This document shows positions 1 to 12,059 of a stretch of DNA of 64,000 nucleotides, one piece after another. Every line of letters starts with the position of its first letter. The stretch's first letter is position 1. The translations under genes were made by a program, and so were the position numbers. The notes beneath the pieces were generated by a model. That model made no database searches. It worked only from the letters and a program-made list of their open reading frames with translations, and had not been told where the DNA came from. Location of the stretch: NCBI RefSeq assembly GCF_058153355.1, contig NZ_CM177019.1. The stretch is one strand, 5' to 3'.

Positions 1-46
1 GCCGCATCCGGCAAGCAAACCAGCTCATAAGCCGGGAGAACAACCT

Positions 47-886
47 ATGAAAGACAATCCGCTGATCTCAATCTATATGCCGACCTGGAACCGCCAACAA
101 CTGGCGATTCGGGCGATACAATCGGTCTTGCGCCAGGACTACAGCAACTGGGAGATGATCATCGTGGATGATTGCTCCACCTCCTGGGAACAGCTTCAGC
201 AGTACGTCACCGCCCTCAACGATCCGCGTATTACCTACATTCACAACGACATTAACAGCGGGGCGTGCGCGGTACGTAACCAGGCGATTATGCTGGCGCA
301 AGGGGAATACATCACCGGGATCGATGATGATGATGAATGGACGCCCAACCGCCTGAGCGTCTTCCTCGCCCATAAACAGCAACTGGTCACCCACGCCTTT
401 TTGTACGCTAACGACTACGTTTGTCAGGGCGAAGTCTATTCCCAACCGGCAAGTTTGCCGCTGTATCCCAAATCGCCGTATTCACGCCGCCTGTTCTACA
501 AACGCAATATCATTGGCAATCAGGTCTTTACCTGGGCGTGGCGTTTCAAAGAGTGTTTGTTCGATACCGAACTGAAAGCGGCACAGGATTACGACATCTT
601 CCTGCGGATGGTGGTGGAGTATGGCGAACCGTGGAAAGTGGAAGAAGCGACGCAGATCCTGCATATCAATCACGGTGAAATGCAGATCACCTCGTCACCG
701 AAAAAATTCTCCGGATACTTCCACTTTTACCGCAAGCACAAAGACAAATTCGACCGGGCCAGCAAAAAATATCAGCTGTTTACCCTCTACCAGATCCGCA
801 ATAAACGTATGACCTGGCGCACTTTGCTGACGCTGCTGTCGGTGCGTAACGGCAAACGTCTGGCTGATGGTATTCGGGGGCGCTAA
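47..886 (+). CDS. wcaA: colanic acid biosynthesis glycosyltransferase (GT2)
   Basis: 279-aa ORF with GT2 signatures (IYMPTWNR, IIVDDCS, DDDDEW); first gene of the conserved wcaA-wcaM order that follows. Confidence 0.85.
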   Translation: MKDNPLISIYMPTWNRQQLAIRAIQSVLRQDYSNWEMIIVDDCSTSWEQLQQYVTALNDPRITYIHNDINSGACAVRNQAIMLAQGEYITGIDDDDEWTPNRLSVFLAHKQQLVTHAFLYANDYVCQGEVYSQPASLPLYPKSPYSRRLFYKRNIIGNQVFTWAWRFKECLFDTELKAAQDYDIFLRMVVEYGEPWKVEEATQILHINHGEMQITSSPKKFSGYFHFYRKHKDKFDRASKKYQLFTLYQIRNKRMTWRTLLTLLSVRNGKRLADGIRGR

Positions 887-888
887 AG

Positions 889-1377
889 ATGCTGGAAGAT
901 CTGCGCGCCAACAGCTGGAGTTTACGCCCGTGCTGCATGGTTCTTGCCTATCGCGTTGCTCATTTTTGTTCGGTGTGGCGCAAAAAGAACGTCCTCAACA
1001 ATCTGTGGGCGGCCCCGCTGCTGGTGCTGTATCGCATTATCACCGAATGCTTTTTCGGTTATGAAATCCAGGCCGCCGCGACCATTGGCCGCCGCTTTAC
1101 TATCCATCACGGTTACGCCGTAGTGATCAATAAAAACGTGGTAGCGGGGGATGATTTCACCATTCGCCACGGCGTCACTATCGGCAATCGTGGTGCCGAT
1201 AACATGGCATGTCCACACATTGGCAACGGCGTCGAACTCGGAGCCAACGTCATTATTCTTGGTGATATCACGCTTGGTAACAACGTCACCGTGGGCGCGG
1301 GCAGCGTGGTGCTCGACTCTGTCCCGGACAACGCGCTGGTGGTGGGAGAAAAAGCGCGAGTGAAGGTAATTAAATGA
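889..1377 (+). CDS. wcaB: colanic acid biosynthesis acetyltransferase (hexapeptide repeat)
   Basis: 162-aa ORF with left-handed beta-helix hexapeptide repeats (IGNRGAD..IGNGVELGANVIILGDITLGNNVTVGAGSVV); position after wcaA. Confidence 0.85.
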   Translation: MLEDLRANSWSLRPCCMVLAYRVAHFCSVWRKKNVLNNLWAAPLLVLYRIITECFFGYEIQAAATIGRRFTIHHGYAVVINKNVVAGDDFTIRHGVTIGNRGADNMACPHIGNGVELGANVIILGDITLGNNVTVGAGSVVLDSVPDNALVVGEKARVKVIK

Positions 1378-2591
1378 ATATTCTGCAATTTAATGTGCGA
1401 CTGGCGGAAGGCGGGGCAGCAGGTGTGGCGTTAGATCTCCACCAGCGTGCGCTGCAACAGGGGCTGGCGTCACATTTTATCTACGGCTACGGCAAAGGCG
1501 GCAAAGAGAGCGTCAGCCATCAGAACTATCCGCAGGTCATCAAACATACGCCGCGGATGACCGCAATGGCGAATATTGCCCTGTTTCGTCTGTTTAATCG
1601 CGATCTGTTTGGCAATTTCAATGAGTTATATCGCACCATTACTCGCACACCGGGTCCGGTGGTCCTGCATTTTCATGTGCTGCACAGCTACTGGCTAAAT
1701 CTTAAGAGCGTGGTGCGCTTTTGCGAAAAGGTGAAAAACCATAAACCGGACGTCACTCTGGTCTGGACGCTGCACGACCACTGGAGTGTAACCGGACGCT
1801 GTGCCTTTACCGACGGTTGCGAAGGCTGGAAAACGGGCTGCCAGAAATGCCCGACCTTAAATAACTATCCGCCGGTGAAGATTGATCGGGCGCACCAGCT
1901 GGTGGCGGGCAAACGCCTGTTATTTCGTGAGATGCTGGCGCTGGGCTGTCAGTTTATTTCCCCCAGCCAGCATGTGGCTGACGCTTTCAATAGCCTGTAC
2001 GGTCCAGGGCGTTGCCGGATTATCAATAACGGTATTGATATGGCAACCGAAGCGATTCTGGCGGATCTGCCTCCGGTGCGCGAAACTCAGGGCAAGCCGA
2101 AAATCGCGGTGGTGGCGCATGACCTGCGTTACGACGGTAAGACTAACCAGCAACTGGTGCGTGAGATGATGGCGCTGGGCGACAAAATTGAACTGCATAC
2201 CTTTGGTAAGTTCTCGCCGTTCACCGCTGGCAACGTGGTTAATCACGGCTTTGAAACTGACAAGCGCAAGTTGATGAGCGCGCTCAATCAGATGGATGCG
2301 CTGGTATTCAGTTCTCGCGTCGATAACTACCCGCTGATTTTGTGTGAGGCGTTATCAATTGGCGTGCCGGTGATTGCCACCCATAGCGACGCGGCACGGG
2401 AAGTGTTGCAAAAATCCGGCGGTAAAACCGTCAGCGAAGAAGACGTGCTGCAACTGGTGCAGTTAAGCAAACCGGAAATCGCGCAGGCGATATTTGGTAC
2501 CACGCTGGCTGAGTTCAGCCAACGCAGCCGCGCGGCCTACAGTGGACAACAGATGCTGGAGGAGTATGTCAACTTCTATCAGAATCTGTAG
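1374..2591 (+). CDS. wcaC: colanic acid biosynthesis glycosyltransferase
   Basis: 405-aa ORF; start overlaps wcaB stop by 4 nt; expected position and length. Confidence 0.85.
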   Translation: MNILQFNVRLAEGGAAGVALDLHQRALQQGLASHFIYGYGKGGKESVSHQNYPQVIKHTPRMTAMANIALFRLFNRDLFGNFNELYRTITRTPGPVVLHFHVLHSYWLNLKSVVRFCEKVKNHKPDVTLVWTLHDHWSVTGRCAFTDGCEGWKTGCQKCPTLNNYPPVKIDRAHQLVAGKRLLFREMLALGCQFISPSQHVADAFNSLYGPGRCRIINNGIDMATEAILADLPPVRETQGKPKIAVVAHDLRYDGKTNQQLVREMMALGDKIELHTFGKFSPFTAGNVVNHGFETDKRKLMSALNQMDALVFSSRVDNYPLILCEALSIGVPVIATHSDAAREVLQKSGGKTVSEEDVLQLVQLSKPEIAQAIFGTTLAEFSQRSRAAYSGQQMLEEYVNFYQNL

Positions 2592-3783
2592 CTACCTGTT
2601 GTTGCCGCTGATCTACCTGCTGGTTAACGTCAAAATCGCCCAGCTTGGCGAAAGTTTCCCCATCACCATCGTCACTTTTTTACCTGTCTTGTTACTGCTG
2701 TTTTTAGAGCGCATCAGCGTTAAAAAATTGATGATTGCCTTAGGGATTGGTGCGGGACTCACGGCGTTTAACTATCTGTTTGGTCAGTCGTTGGATGCCA
2801 GTAAATACGTCACTTCAACCATGCTGTTTGTCTATATTGTGATCATTATTGGCATGGTGTGGAGTATTCGCTTTAAAACGATTTCGCCACACAACCATCG
2901 CAAGATATTACGTTTCTTTTATCTGGTGGTCGGGTTGGTGGTGGCGCTGGCGGCGGTGGAGATGGCGCAAATTATCCTCACCGGCGGCAGCAGTATTATG
3001 GAGTCGATTTCCAAATATCTGATTTACAGCAACAGCTATGTACTGAATTTCATTAAATTCGGCGGCAAGCGCACGACAGCACTTTATTTCGAACCGGCAT
3101 TTTTCGCTCTGGCATTAATCTCAATTTGGCTCAGCATCAAACAGTTTGGTATCAAAACGCCTAAAACCGATGCTATGATTCTCGCAGGGATAATATTATC
3201 CGGATCGTTTTCAGGGGTTATGACCTTTATCCTGTTTTATTTGCTGGAGTGGGCATTTCAATATCTGAATAAAGAGGCGATTAAGAAAAAGTTACCGTTG
3301 GCATTGATTTCTCTGGCTGTATTCCTGGTTGGTGTGGTAATCGCGTTTCCTTATATTTCCACCCGTCTGGGCGATTTAGGTACGGAAGGATCGTCATCGT
3401 ATTATCGTATTGTCGGTCCGCTGGTGATGGTCGGTTATTCTTTGACCCATATTGACGGTGTAGTCAGATTTGGCTCACTTTATGAATATGTCGCATCATT
3501 CGGAATATTTAACGGTGCGGATGTCGGAAAAACCATAGACAATGGTTTGTATCTGCTGATTATTTATTTTTCCTGGTTCGCGGTGTTTTTATCGCTGTGG
3601 TACATGGGGAAAGTGATAAAAATGATGATCAACGCTTTTGGTGATAACCGCAATTTTCGCGTGCAATTATATCTTTTTACTCCGGTATCGCTGTTTTTTA
3701 CCGGTTCGATATTTAGCCCGGAATATGCATTTTTAATCGTCTGTCCGTTTATTTTGCGAAAAGCGTTAAATATTACGAGGTAA
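2566..3783 (+). CDS. wcaD: putative colanic acid polymerase (polytopic membrane protein)
   Basis: Highly hydrophobic multi-TM ORF; start set at internal ATG 2566 ([12 protein letters not shown]) giving 405 aa, overlapping wcaC 3' end by 26 nt; the longer 2494 start rejected. Confidence 0.8.
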   Translation: MSTSIRICSYLLLPLIYLLVNVKIAQLGESFPITIVTFLPVLLLLFLERISVKKLMIALGIGAGLTAFNYLFGQSLDASKYVTSTMLFVYIVIIIGMVWSIRFKTISPHNHRKILRFFYLVVGLVVALAAVEMAQIILTGGSSIMESISKYLIYSNSYVLNFIKFGGKRTTALYFEPAFFALALISIWLSIKQFGIKTPKTDAMILAGIILSGSFSGVMTFILFYLLEWAFQYLNKEAIKKKLPLALISLAVFLVGVVIAFPYISTRLGDLGTEGSSSYYRIVGPLVMVGYSLTHIDGVVRFGSLYEYVASFGIFNGADVGKTIDNGLYLLIIYFSWFAVFLSLWYMGKVIKMMINAFGDNRNFRVQLYLFTPVSLFFTGSIFSPEYAFLIVCPFILRKALNITR

Positions 3784-3793
3784 GAATAAGAAC

Positions 3794-4540
3794 ATGTTGC
3801 TTAGCATAATCACTGTCGCGTTTCGTAACCTCGAAGGGATAGTCAAAACACATGCCTCGCTGGCGCATCTGGCGCAGGCGGACGATATCAGCTTCGAATG
3901 GATTGTTGTCGATGGCGGTTCCAACGACGGTACCCGTGAGTATCTGGAAAATCTCAATGGTATCTATAACCTACGCTTTGTCAGCGAGCCAGATAACGGT
4001 ATCTACGACGCCATGAACAAGGGCATTGCGATGGCACAAGGCAAGTTCGCGTTGTTTCTCAACTCGGGCGATATTTTTCATCAGGATGCCGCAAATTTTG
4101 TCCGTAAGTTAAAAATGCAAAAAGATAACATGATGATCACCGGCGATGCGCTGCTGGATTTTGGCGACGGGCATAAAATTAAGCGTAGTGCTAAACCGGG
4201 CTGGTATATTTATCACAGCCTGCCCGCCAGTCATCAGGCGATATTTTTCCCGGTATCCGGTTTGAAAAAATGGCGTTATGACCTGGAATATAAAGTTTCT
4301 TCTGATTACGCGCTGGCAGCTAAAATGTATAAAGCAGGTTATGCATTTAAAAAACTCAATGGCCTGGTGTCTGAATTTTCCATGGGTGGGGTATCAACCA
4401 CCAATAATATGGAATTGTGTGCTGACGCGAAAAAAGTCCAACGGCAGATATTACATGTGCCTGGCTTCTGGGCAGAATTATCCTGGCATTTACGCCAGCG
4501 TACTACCTCAAAGACGAAAGCCTTATATAACAAAAGCTGA
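3794..4540 (+). CDS. wcaE: colanic acid biosynthesis glycosyltransferase (GT2)
   Basis: 248-aa ORF with GT2 motifs ([10 protein letters not shown]); conserved cluster position. Confidence 0.85.
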   Translation: MLLSIITVAFRNLEGIVKTHASLAHLAQADDISFEWIVVDGGSNDGTREYLENLNGIYNLRFVSEPDNGIYDAMNKGIAMAQGKFALFLNSGDIFHQDAANFVRKLKMQKDNMMITGDALLDFGDGHKIKRSAKPGWYIYHSLPASHQAIFFPVSGLKKWRYDLEYKVSSDYALAAKMYKAGYAFKKLNGLVSEFSMGGVSTTNNMELCADAKKVQRQILHVPGFWAELSWHLRQRTTSKTKALYNKS

Positions 4541-4555
4541 ATATAAGGGAAAACG

Positions 4556-5104
4556 ATGCAGGATTTAAGTGGATTCTCGGTGCCGAAAGGGTTCCGGGGT
4601 GGCAACGCTATTAAAGTGCAATTGTGGTGGGCAGTACAGGCAACATTATTTGCCTGGTCGCCACAAGTATTGTATCGCTGGCGGGCATTTTTATTACGTT
4701 TATTCGGCGCAAAAATAGGAAAAAACGTAGTTATTCGTCCGTCAGTAAAAATTACCTATCCGTGGAAATTAACCTTAGGTGATTACGCGTGGGTCGGCGA
4801 TGAGGTCAATTTATATACCCTCGGTGAAATAACCATTGGCGCACATTCGGTGATATCGCAAAAAAGTTATTTATGCACCGGGAGCCACGACCATGCAAGT
4901 CAACATTTCACCATTAACGCCACGCCTATTGTGATTGGCGAGAAATGCTGGCTGGCGACAGATGTTTTTGTTGCCCCTGGCGTCACGATCGGCGACGGCA
5001 CCGTCGTGGGGGCGCGAAGCAGTGTTTTTAAATCGCTTCCGGCAAATGTGGTTTGCCGGGGGAATCCCGCAGTGGTGATACGCGAACGCGTTGAAACTGA
5101 ATAA
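4556..5104 (+). CDS. wcaF: colanic acid biosynthesis acetyltransferase (hexapeptide repeat)
   Basis: 182-aa ORF with hexapeptide repeats (IGDGTVVGARSSV); cluster position. Confidence 0.85.
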   Translation: MQDLSGFSVPKGFRGGNAIKVQLWWAVQATLFAWSPQVLYRWRAFLLRLFGAKIGKNVVIRPSVKITYPWKLTLGDYAWVGDEVNLYTLGEITIGAHSVISQKSYLCTGSHDHASQHFTINATPIVIGEKCWLATDVFVAPGVTIGDGTVVGARSSVFKSLPANVVCRGNPAVVIRERVETE

Positions 5105-5130
5105 ATTCAAAAAATACAGAGGAATAAGAC

Positions 5131-6252
5131 ATGTCAAAAGTCGCTCTCATCACCGGTGTAACCGGACAAGACGGTTCTTACCTGGCAGAGTTTCTGCTGG
5201 AAAAAGGTTACGAGGTACATGGTATTAAGCGTCGTGCATCGTCATTCAACACCGAGCGCGTGGATCACATTTATCAGGATCCGCACACCTGCAACCCGAA
5301 ATTCCATCTGCATTATGGCGACCTGAGTGATACCTCCAACCTGACGCGCATTTTGCGTGAAGTGCAGCCGGATGAAGTGTACAACCTGGGCGCAATGAGC
5401 CACGTTGCGGTTTCTTTTGAGTCACCGGAATATACCGCAGACGTCGATGCGATGGGTACGCTACGCCTGCTCGAGGCGATCCGCTTCCTCGGTCTGGAAA
5501 AGAAAACCCGTTTCTATCAGGCTTCCACTTCTGAACTGTACGGTCTGGTGCAGGAAATTCCGCAGAAAGAAACCACGCCGTTCTACCCGCGATCTCCGTA
5601 TGCGGTCGCCAAACTGTACGCCTACTGGATCACCGTTAACTACCGCGAATCCTACGGCATGTACGCCTGTAACGGTATTCTCTTCAACCATGAATCCCCG
5701 CGCCGCGGCGAAACCTTCGTTACCCGCAAAATCACCCGCGCAATCGCCAATATCGCCCAGGGGCTGGAGTCGTGCCTGTACCTCGGCAATATGGATTCCC
5801 TGCGTGACTGGGGCCATGCCAAAGACTACGTAAAAATGCAGTGGATGATGCTGCAACAGGAACAGCCAGAAGATTTCGTTATCGCGACCGGCGTTCAGTA
5901 CTCCGTACGTCAGTTCGTGGAAATGGCGGCAGCACAGCTGGGCATCAAACTGCGCTTTGAAGGCACGGGCGTTGAAGAGAAGGGCATTGTGGTTTCCGTC
6001 ACCGGGCATGACGCGCCGGGCGTTAAACCGGGTGATGTGATTATCGCCGTTGACCCGCGTTACTTCCGTCCGGCAGAAGTTGAAACACTGCTCGGCGACC
6101 CGACCAAAGCGCACGAAAAACTGGGCTGGAAACCGGAAATCACCCTCAGAGAGATGGTGTCTGAAATGGTGGCTAATGACCTCGAAGCGGCGAAAAAACA
6201 CTCTCTGCTGAAATCTCACGGCTACGACGTGGCGATCGCGCTGGAGTCATAA
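5131..6252 (+). CDS. gmd: GDP-mannose 4,6-dehydratase
   Basis: 373-aa ORF; N-terminal Rossmann motif [22 protein letters not shown]-type catalytic YxxxK (YAVAK). Confidence 0.95.
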
Positions 6253-6254
6253 GC

Positions 6255-7220
6255 ATGAGTAGACAACGCATTTTTATCGCTGGCCATCGCGGGATGGTCG
6301 GTTCTGCCATCAGGCGGCAGCTCGAACAGCGCGGTGATGTGGAACTGGTATTACGCACCCGCGACGAGCTGAACCTGCTGGACAGCCGCGCCGTGCATGA
6401 TTTCTTTGCCAGCGAACGTATTGACCAGGTCTATCTGGCGGCGGCGAAAGTGGGCGGCATTGTTGCCAACAACACCTATCCGGCGGATTTCATCTACCAG
6501 AACATGATGATTGAGAGCAACATCATTCACGCCGCGCATCAGAACGACGTGAACAAACTGCTGTTTCTCGGATCGTCCTGCATCTACCCGAAACTGGCAA
6601 AACAGCCGATGGCAGAAAGCGAGCTGTTGCAGGGTACGCTGGAGCCGACCAACGAGCCTTATGCCATTGCCAAAATCGCCGGGATCAAACTGTGCGAATC
6701 TTACAACCGCCAGTATGGACGCGATTACCGCTCTGTCATGCCGACCAACCTGTACGGGCCGCACGACAATTTCCACCCGAGTAATTCGCATGTGATCCCA
6801 GCATTGCTGCGTCGCTTCCACGAGGCGACGGCACAGAATGCGCCGGACGTGGTGGTGTGGGGCAGCGGTACACCGATGCGCGAATTTCTGCACGTCGATG
6901 ATATGGCGGCGGCAAGCATTCATGTGATGGAGCTGGCGCACGAAGTCTGGCTGGAGAACACCCAGCCGATGCTGTCGCACATTAACGTCGGCACCGGCGT
7001 TGACTGCACTATCCGCGAGCTGGCGCAAACCATCGCCAAAGTGGTGGGTTACAAAGGTCGGGTGGTTTTTGATGCCAGCAAACCGGATGGTACGCCGCGC
7101 AAACTGCTGGATGTGACGCGCCTGCATCAGCTTGGCTGGTATCACGAAATCTCACTGGAAGCGGGGCTTGCCAGCACTTACCAGTGGTTCCTTGAGAATC
7201 AAGACCGCTTTCGGGGGTAA
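6255..7220 (+). CDS. fcl: GDP-L-fucose synthase (GDP-4-keto-6-deoxymannose epimerase/reductase)
   Basis: 321-aa [17 protein letters not shown]ossmann motif; immediately downstream of gmd. Confidence 0.95.
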   Translation: MSRQRIFIAGHRGMVGSAIRRQLEQRGDVELVLRTRDELNLLDSRAVHDFFASERIDQVYLAAAKVGGIVANNTYPADFIYQNMMIESNIIHAAHQNDVNKLLFLGSSCIYPKLAKQPMAESELLQGTLEPTNEPYAIAKIAGIKLCESYNRQYGRDYRSVMPTNLYGPHDNFHPSNSHVIPALLRRFHEATAQNAPDVVVWGSGTPMREFLHVDDMAAASIHVMELAHEVWLENTQPMLSHINVGTGVDCTIRELAQTIAKVVGYKGRVVFDASKPDGTPRKLLDVTRLHQLGWYHEISLEAGLASTYQWFLENQDRFRG

Positions 7221-7702
7221 TGATGTTTTTACGTCTGGAAGACTTTGCCACGGTAGTGCGCTCCACCCCGCTTGTCTCTCTCGACTTTATTGTCGAGAAC
7301 AGTCGCGGCGAGTTTCTGCTTGGCAAAAGAACCAACCGCCCGGCGCAGGGTTACTGGTTTGTGCCGGGAGGGCGCGTGCAGAAAGACGAAACGCTGGAAG
7401 CCGCATTTGAGCGGCTGACGATGGCGGAACTGGGGCTGCGTCTGCCGATAACAGCAGGCCAGTTTTACGGTGTCTGGCAGCACTTTTATGACGATAACTT
7501 CTCCGGCACGGATTTCACCACTCACTATGTGGTGCTCGGTTTTCGCTTCAGAGTAGCGGAAGAAGAGCTGTTACTGCCGGATGAGCAGCATGACGATTAC
7601 CGCTGGCTGACGCCGGACGCGCTGCTCGCCAGTAACGATGTTCACGCTAACAGCCGCGCCTATTTTCTCGCTGAGAAGCGTGCCGGAGTACCCGGATTAT
7701 GA
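7220..7702 (+). CDS. gmm: GDP-mannose mannosyl hydrolase (Nudix)
   Basis: 160-aa ORF; Nudix-like region; start overlaps fcl stop (TAATGATG). Confidence 0.9.
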   Translation: MMFLRLEDFATVVRSTPLVSLDFIVENSRGEFLLGKRTNRPAQGYWFVPGGRVQKDETLEAAFERLTMAELGLRLPITAGQFYGVWQHFYDDNFSGTDFTTHYVVLGFRFRVAEEELLLPDEQHDDYRWLTPDALLASNDVHANSRAYFLAEKRAGVPGL

Positions 7703-8922
7703 AAATACTGGTCTACGGCATTAACTACTCGCCGGAGTTAACCGGCATCGGCAAATACACCGGCGAGATGGTGGAATGGCTGGCGGCACAAGGTCATGAG
7801 GTGCGGGTCATTACCGCACCGCCTTACTACCCGCAATGGCAGGTGGGTGAGAACTATTCCGCCTGGCGCTACAAACGAGAAGAGGGGGCCGCCACGGTGT
7901 GGCGCTGCCCGCTGTACGTGCCAAAACAGCCGAGCACCCTGAAACGCTTGTTGCATCTCGGCAGTTTTGCCGTCAGCAGTTTCTTTCCACTGATGGCGCA
8001 ACGTCGCTGGAAGCCGGATCGCATTATCGGCGTAGTGCCAACGCTGTTTTGCACGCCGGGAATGCGCCTGCTGGCGAAGCTCTCTGGTGCGCGTACCGTG
8101 CTGCATATTCAGGATTACGAAGTGGACGCCATGCTGGGGCTGGGCCTTGCCGGAAAAGGCAAAGGCGGCAAAGTGGCACAGCTGGCAACGGCGTTCGAAC
8201 GTAGCGGACTGCATAACGTCGATAACGTCTCCACGATTTCGCGTTCGATGATGAATAAAGCCATCGAAAAAGGCGTGGCGGCGGAAAACGTCATCTTCTT
8301 CCCCAACTGGTCGGAAATTGCCCGTTTTCAGCATGTTGCAGATGCCGATGTTGACGCCCTTCGTAACCAGCTTGACCTGCCGGATAACAAAAAAATCATT
8401 CTTTACTCCGGCAATATTGGTGAAAAGCAGGGGCTGGAAAACGTTATTGAAGCTGCCGATCGTCTGCGCGATGAACCGCTGATTTTTGCCATTGTCGGGC
8501 AGGGCGGCGGCAAAGCGCGGCTGGAAAAAATGGCGCAGCAGCGTGGACTGCGCAACATGCAATTTTTCCCGCTGCAATCGTATGACGCGTTACCCGCACT
8601 GCTGAAGATGGGCGATTGCCATCTGGTGGTGCAAAAACGCGGCGCGGCAGATGCCGTATTGCCGTCGAAACTGACCAATATTCTGGCGGTAGGCGGTAAC
8701 GCGGTGATTACCGCAGAGGCCCACACAGAACTGGGGCAGCTTTGCGAAACCTTTCCGGGCATTGCGGTTTGCGTAGAACCGGAATCGGTCGAGGCGCTGG
8801 TGGCGGGGATCCGTCAGGCGCTCCTGCTGCCCAAACACAACACGGTGGCACGTGAATATGCCGAACGCACACTCGATAAAGAGAACGTGTTACGTCAATT
8901 TATAAATGATATTCGGGGATAA
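7699..8922 (+). CDS. wcaI: colanic acid biosynthesis glycosyltransferase (GT4-like)
   Basis: 407-aa ORF; 4-nt overlap with gmm; cluster position. Confidence 0.85.
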   Translation: MKILVYGINYSPELTGIGKYTGEMVEWLAAQGHEVRVITAPPYYPQWQVGENYSAWRYKREEGAATVWRCPLYVPKQPSTLKRLLHLGSFAVSSFFPLMAQRRWKPDRIIGVVPTLFCTPGMRLLAKLSGARTVLHIQDYEVDAMLGLGLAGKGKGGKVAQLATAFERSGLHNVDNVSTISRSMMNKAIEKGVAAENVIFFPNWSEIARFQHVADADVDALRNQLDLPDNKKIILYSGNIGEKQGLENVIEAADRLRDEPLIFAIVGQGGGKARLEKMAQQRGLRNMQFFPLQSYDALPALLKMGDCHLVVQKRGAADAVLPSKLTNILAVGGNAVITAEAHTELGQLCETFPGIAVCVEPESVEALVAGIRQALLLPKHNTVAREYAERTLDKENVLRQFINDIRG

Positions 8923-8924
8923 TT

Positions 8925-10361
8925 ATGGCGCAGTCGAAACTCTATCCAGTTGTGATGGCAGGTGGCTCCGGTAGCCGCTTATGGCCGCTTTCCCGCGTAC
9001 TTTACCCCAAGCAGTTTTTATGCCTGAAAGGCGATCTCACCATGCTGCAAACCACCATCTGCCGCCTGAACGGCGTGGAGTGCGAAAGCCCGGTGGTGAT
9101 TTGCAATGAGCAGCACCGCTTTATTGTCGCGGAACAGCTGCGTCAACTGAACAAACTCACCGAGAACATTATTCTCGAACCGGCAGGGCGTAACACTGCA
9201 CCTGCCATTGCACTGGCGGCGCTGGCGGCAAAACGTCATAGCCCGGAGAGCGACCCGTTAATGCTGGTGCTGGCGGCGGATCATGTGATTGCCGATGAAG
9301 ACGCGTTCCGTGCCGCCGTGCGTAATGCCATGCCATATGCCGAAGCGGGCAAGCTGGTGACCTTTGGCATTGTGCCGGATCTACCAGAAACCGGTTATGG
9401 CTATATTCGTCGCGGTGAAGTGTCTGCGGGTGAGCAGGATACGGTGGCCTTTGAAGTGGCGCAGTTTGTCGAAAAACCGAATCTGGAAACCGCCCAGGCC
9501 TATGTGGCAAGTGGCGAATATTACTGGAACAGCGGCATGTTCCTGTTCCGCGCCGGACGCTATCTCGAAGAACTGAAAAAATATCGCCCGGATATTCTCG
9601 ATGCCTGTGAAAAAGCGATGAGCGCCGTCGATCCGGATCTTGATTTTATTCGTGTGGATGAAGAAGCGTTTCTCGCCTGCCCGGAAGAGTCGGTGGATTA
9701 CGCGGTCATGGAACGTACGGCAGATGCCGTTGTGGTACCGATGGATGCGGGCTGGAGCGATGTCGGCTCCTGGTCCTCATTATGGGAAATTAGCGCCCAC
9801 ACCGCCGAGGGCAACGTTTGCCACGGTGATGTGATTAATCACAAAACCGAAAACAGCTATGTGTATGCCGAATCTGGCCTGGTCACCACCGTCGGGGTGA
9901 AAGATCTGGTGGTGGTGCAGACCAAAGATGCGGTGCTGATTGCCGACCGTAACGCGGTACAGGATGTGAAAAAAGTAGTCGAGCAGATCAAAGCCGATGG
10001 TCGCCATGAGCATCGGGTACATCGCGAAGTCTATCGCCCGTGGGGCAAATATGACTCTATCGACGCGGGCGACCGCTACCAGGTGAAACGCATCACCGTG
10101 AAACCGGGCGAAGGCTTGTCGGTACAGATGCACCATCACCGCGCGGAACACTGGGTGGTGGTCGCGGGAACGGCAAAAGTCACTATTGACGGTGATATCA
10201 AACTGCTTGGTGAAAACGAGTCCATTTATATTCCGCTGGGGGCGACGCACTGCCTGGAAAACCCGGGGAAAATTCCGCTCGATTTAATTGAAGTGCGCTC
10301 CGGCTCTTATCTCGAAGAGGATGATGTGGTGCGCTTCGCGGATCGCTACGGACGGGTGTAA
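8925..10361 (+). CDS. cpsB: mannose-1-phosphate guanylyltransferase
   Basis: 478-aa ORF; nucleotidyltransferase N-terminus ([16 protein letters not shown]) plus C-terminal cupin domain. Confidence 0.9.
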   Translation: MAQSKLYPVVMAGGSGSRLWPLSRVLYPKQFLCLKGDLTMLQTTICRLNGVECESPVVICNEQHRFIVAEQLRQLNKLTENIILEPAGRNTAPAIALAALAAKRHSPESDPLMLVLAADHVIADEDAFRAAVRNAMPYAEAGKLVTFGIVPDLPETGYGYIRRGEVSAGEQDTVAFEVAQFVEKPNLETAQAYVASGEYYWNSGMFLFRAGRYLEELKKYRPDILDACEKAMSAVDPDLDFIRVDEEAFLACPEESVDYAVMERTADAVVVPMDAGWSDVGSWSSLWEISAHTAEGNVCHGDVINHKTENSYVYAESGLVTTVGVKDLVVVQTKDAVLIADRNAVQDVKKVVEQIKADGRHEHRVHREVYRPWGKYDSIDAGDRYQVKRITVKPGEGLSVQMHHHRAEHWVVVAGTAKVTIDGDIKLLGENESIYIPLGATHCLENPGKIPLDLIEVRSGSYLEEDDVVRFADRYGRV

Positions 10362-10461
<100 letters not shown>

Positions 10462-10553
10462 GCAATGAATGCGAAACCGCGGTGTAAATAACGACAAAAA
10501 TAAAATTGGCCGCTTCGGTCAGGGCCAACTATTGCCTGAAAAAGGGTAACGAC

Positions 10554-11924
10554 ATGAAAAAATTAACCTGCTTTAAAGCCTATGATATTCGCGGGAAATT
10601 AGGCGAAGAACTGAATGAAGATATTGCCTGGCGTATTGGGCGTGCCTATGGCCAATTTCTCAAACCGAAAACCATTGTGTTAGGCGGTGATGTCCGCCTC
10701 ACCAGCGAAACCTTAAAACTGGCGCTGGCAAAAGGTTTACAGGATGCGGGCGTTGACGTGCTGGATATCGGTATGTCCGGCACCGAAGAGATCTATTTCG
10801 CCACGTTCCATCTCGGCGTGGATGGCGGCATTGAAGTTACTGCCAGCCATAATCCGATGGATTACAACGGCATGAAGCTGGTGCGCGAGGGGGCTCGCCC
10901 GATCAGCGGTGATACCGGACTGCGCGACGTCCAGCGTCTAGCTGAAGCCAACGACTTTCCTCCCGTCGATGAAACCAAACGCGGTCGCTATCAGCAAATC
11001 AACCTGCGTGACGCTTACGTTGATCACCTGTTCGGTTATATCAACGTCAAAAACCTCACGCCGCTCAAGCTGGTGATCAACTCCGGGAACGGCGCAGCGG
11101 GTCCAGTAGTGGACGCCATTGAAGCCCGCTTTAAAGCCCTCGGCGCGCCCGTGGAATTAATCAAAGTACACAACACACCGGACGGCAATTTCCCCAACGG
11201 TATTCCTAACCCGCTGCTGCCTGAATGCCGCGACGACACCCGCAATGCGGTCATCAAACACGGCGCGGATATGGGCATTGCTTTTGATGGCGATTTTGAC
11301 CGCTGTTTCCTGTTTGACGAAAAAGGGCAGTTTATCGAGGGCTACTACATTGTCGGTCTGCTGGCAGAAGCATTCCTCGAAAAAAATCCCGGCGCGAAGA
11401 TCATCCACGATCCGCGTCTTTCCTGGAACACCGTTGATGTGGTGACTGCCGCAGGCGGCACGCCGGTGATGTCGAAAACCGGACACGCCTTTATTAAAGA
11501 ACGTATGCGCAAGGAAGACGCCATCTACGGTGGCGAAATGAGCGCCCACCACTATTTCCGTGATTTTGCTTACTGCGATAGCGGCATGATCCCGTGGCTG
11601 CTGGTCGCTGAACTGGTATGCCTGAAAGGAAAAACGCTGGGCGAACTGGTGCGTGACCGCATGGCAGCGTTTCCGGCAAGCGGTGAGATCAACAGCAAAC
11701 TGGCGCAACCCGTTGAGGCGATTAACCGCGTCGAACAGCATTTTAGCCGCGAGGCGCTGGCGGTGGATCGTACTGATGGCATCAGCATGACCTTTGCCGA
11801 CTGGCGCTTTAACCTGCGCTCTTCCAACACCGAACCGGTCGTACGCCTGAATGTGGAATCGCGCGGTGATGTGCCGCTGATGGAAGCGCGAACGCGAACT
11901 CTGCTGACGTTGCTGAACGAGTAA
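10554..11924 (+). CDS. cpsG: phosphomannomutase
   Basis: Phosphohexomutase active-site region (TASHNP); start set at [14 protein letters not shown] (456 aa), not the upstream ATG at 10506. Confidence 0.9.
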   Translation: MKKLTCFKAYDIRGKLGEELNEDIAWRIGRAYGQFLKPKTIVLGGDVRLTSETLKLALAKGLQDAGVDVLDIGMSGTEEIYFATFHLGVDGGIEVTASHNPMDYNGMKLVREGARPISGDTGLRDVQRLAEANDFPPVDETKRGRYQQINLRDAYVDHLFGYINVKNLTPLKLVINSGNGAAGPVVDAIEARFKALGAPVELIKVHNTPDGNFPNGIPNPLLPECRDDTRNAVIKHGADMGIAFDGDFDRCFLFDEKGQFIEGYYIVGLLAEAFLEKNPGAKIIHDPRLSWNTVDVVTAAGGTPVMSKTGHAFIKERMRKEDAIYGGEMSAHHYFRDFAYCDSGMIPWLLVAELVCLKGKTLGELVRDRMAAFPASGEINSKLAQPVEAINRVEQHFSREALAVDRTDGISMTFADWRFNLRSSNTEPVVRLNVESRGDVPLMEARTRTLLTLLNE

Positions 11925-11933
11925 TGTCATTAC

Positions 11934-12036
11934 TTTCCCCCTCACCCTGACGCTCTACTGCCTGCGGAGAGAAGTGAGCACGGAACTTTATTCTCCCCCT
12001 CGCCCCTTTGGGGAGAGGGCCGGGGTGAGGGGCGAG
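11934..12036. repeat. GC-rich imperfect palindromic intergenic element (boxC-like; name uncertain)
   Basis: Repeated CCCCTCaCCC / CCCCCTCGCCCC motifs and their complement GGGGTGAGGGGCGAGG around cccctttggggagaggg; explains the Pro/Arg/Gly-rich antisense ORFs 11809-12145. Confidence 0.5.
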
Positions 12037-12059
12037 GCGACAATAGAACAGGAACAACG

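Noticed and set aside
5461-6219. 252-aa ORF on the - strand inside gmd
   Set aside because: Antisense shadow ORF fully contained in a strongly supported gene; no start context; composition follows the sense strand
6351-7145. 264-aa ORF on the - strand inside fcl
   Set aside because: Antisense to fcl; Arg/His-rich translation typical of GC-rich reverse frames
7738-8577. 279-aa ORF on the - strand inside wcaI
   Set aside because: Antisense shadow ORF; no recognisable domain
10506-10553. Upstream extension of cpsG
   Set aside because: The extension runs into REP sequence; the conserved N-terminus begins at [14 protein letters not shown]
11157-11945. 262-aa ORF on the - strand inside cpsG
   Set aside because: Antisense to phosphomannomutase; no recognisable domain
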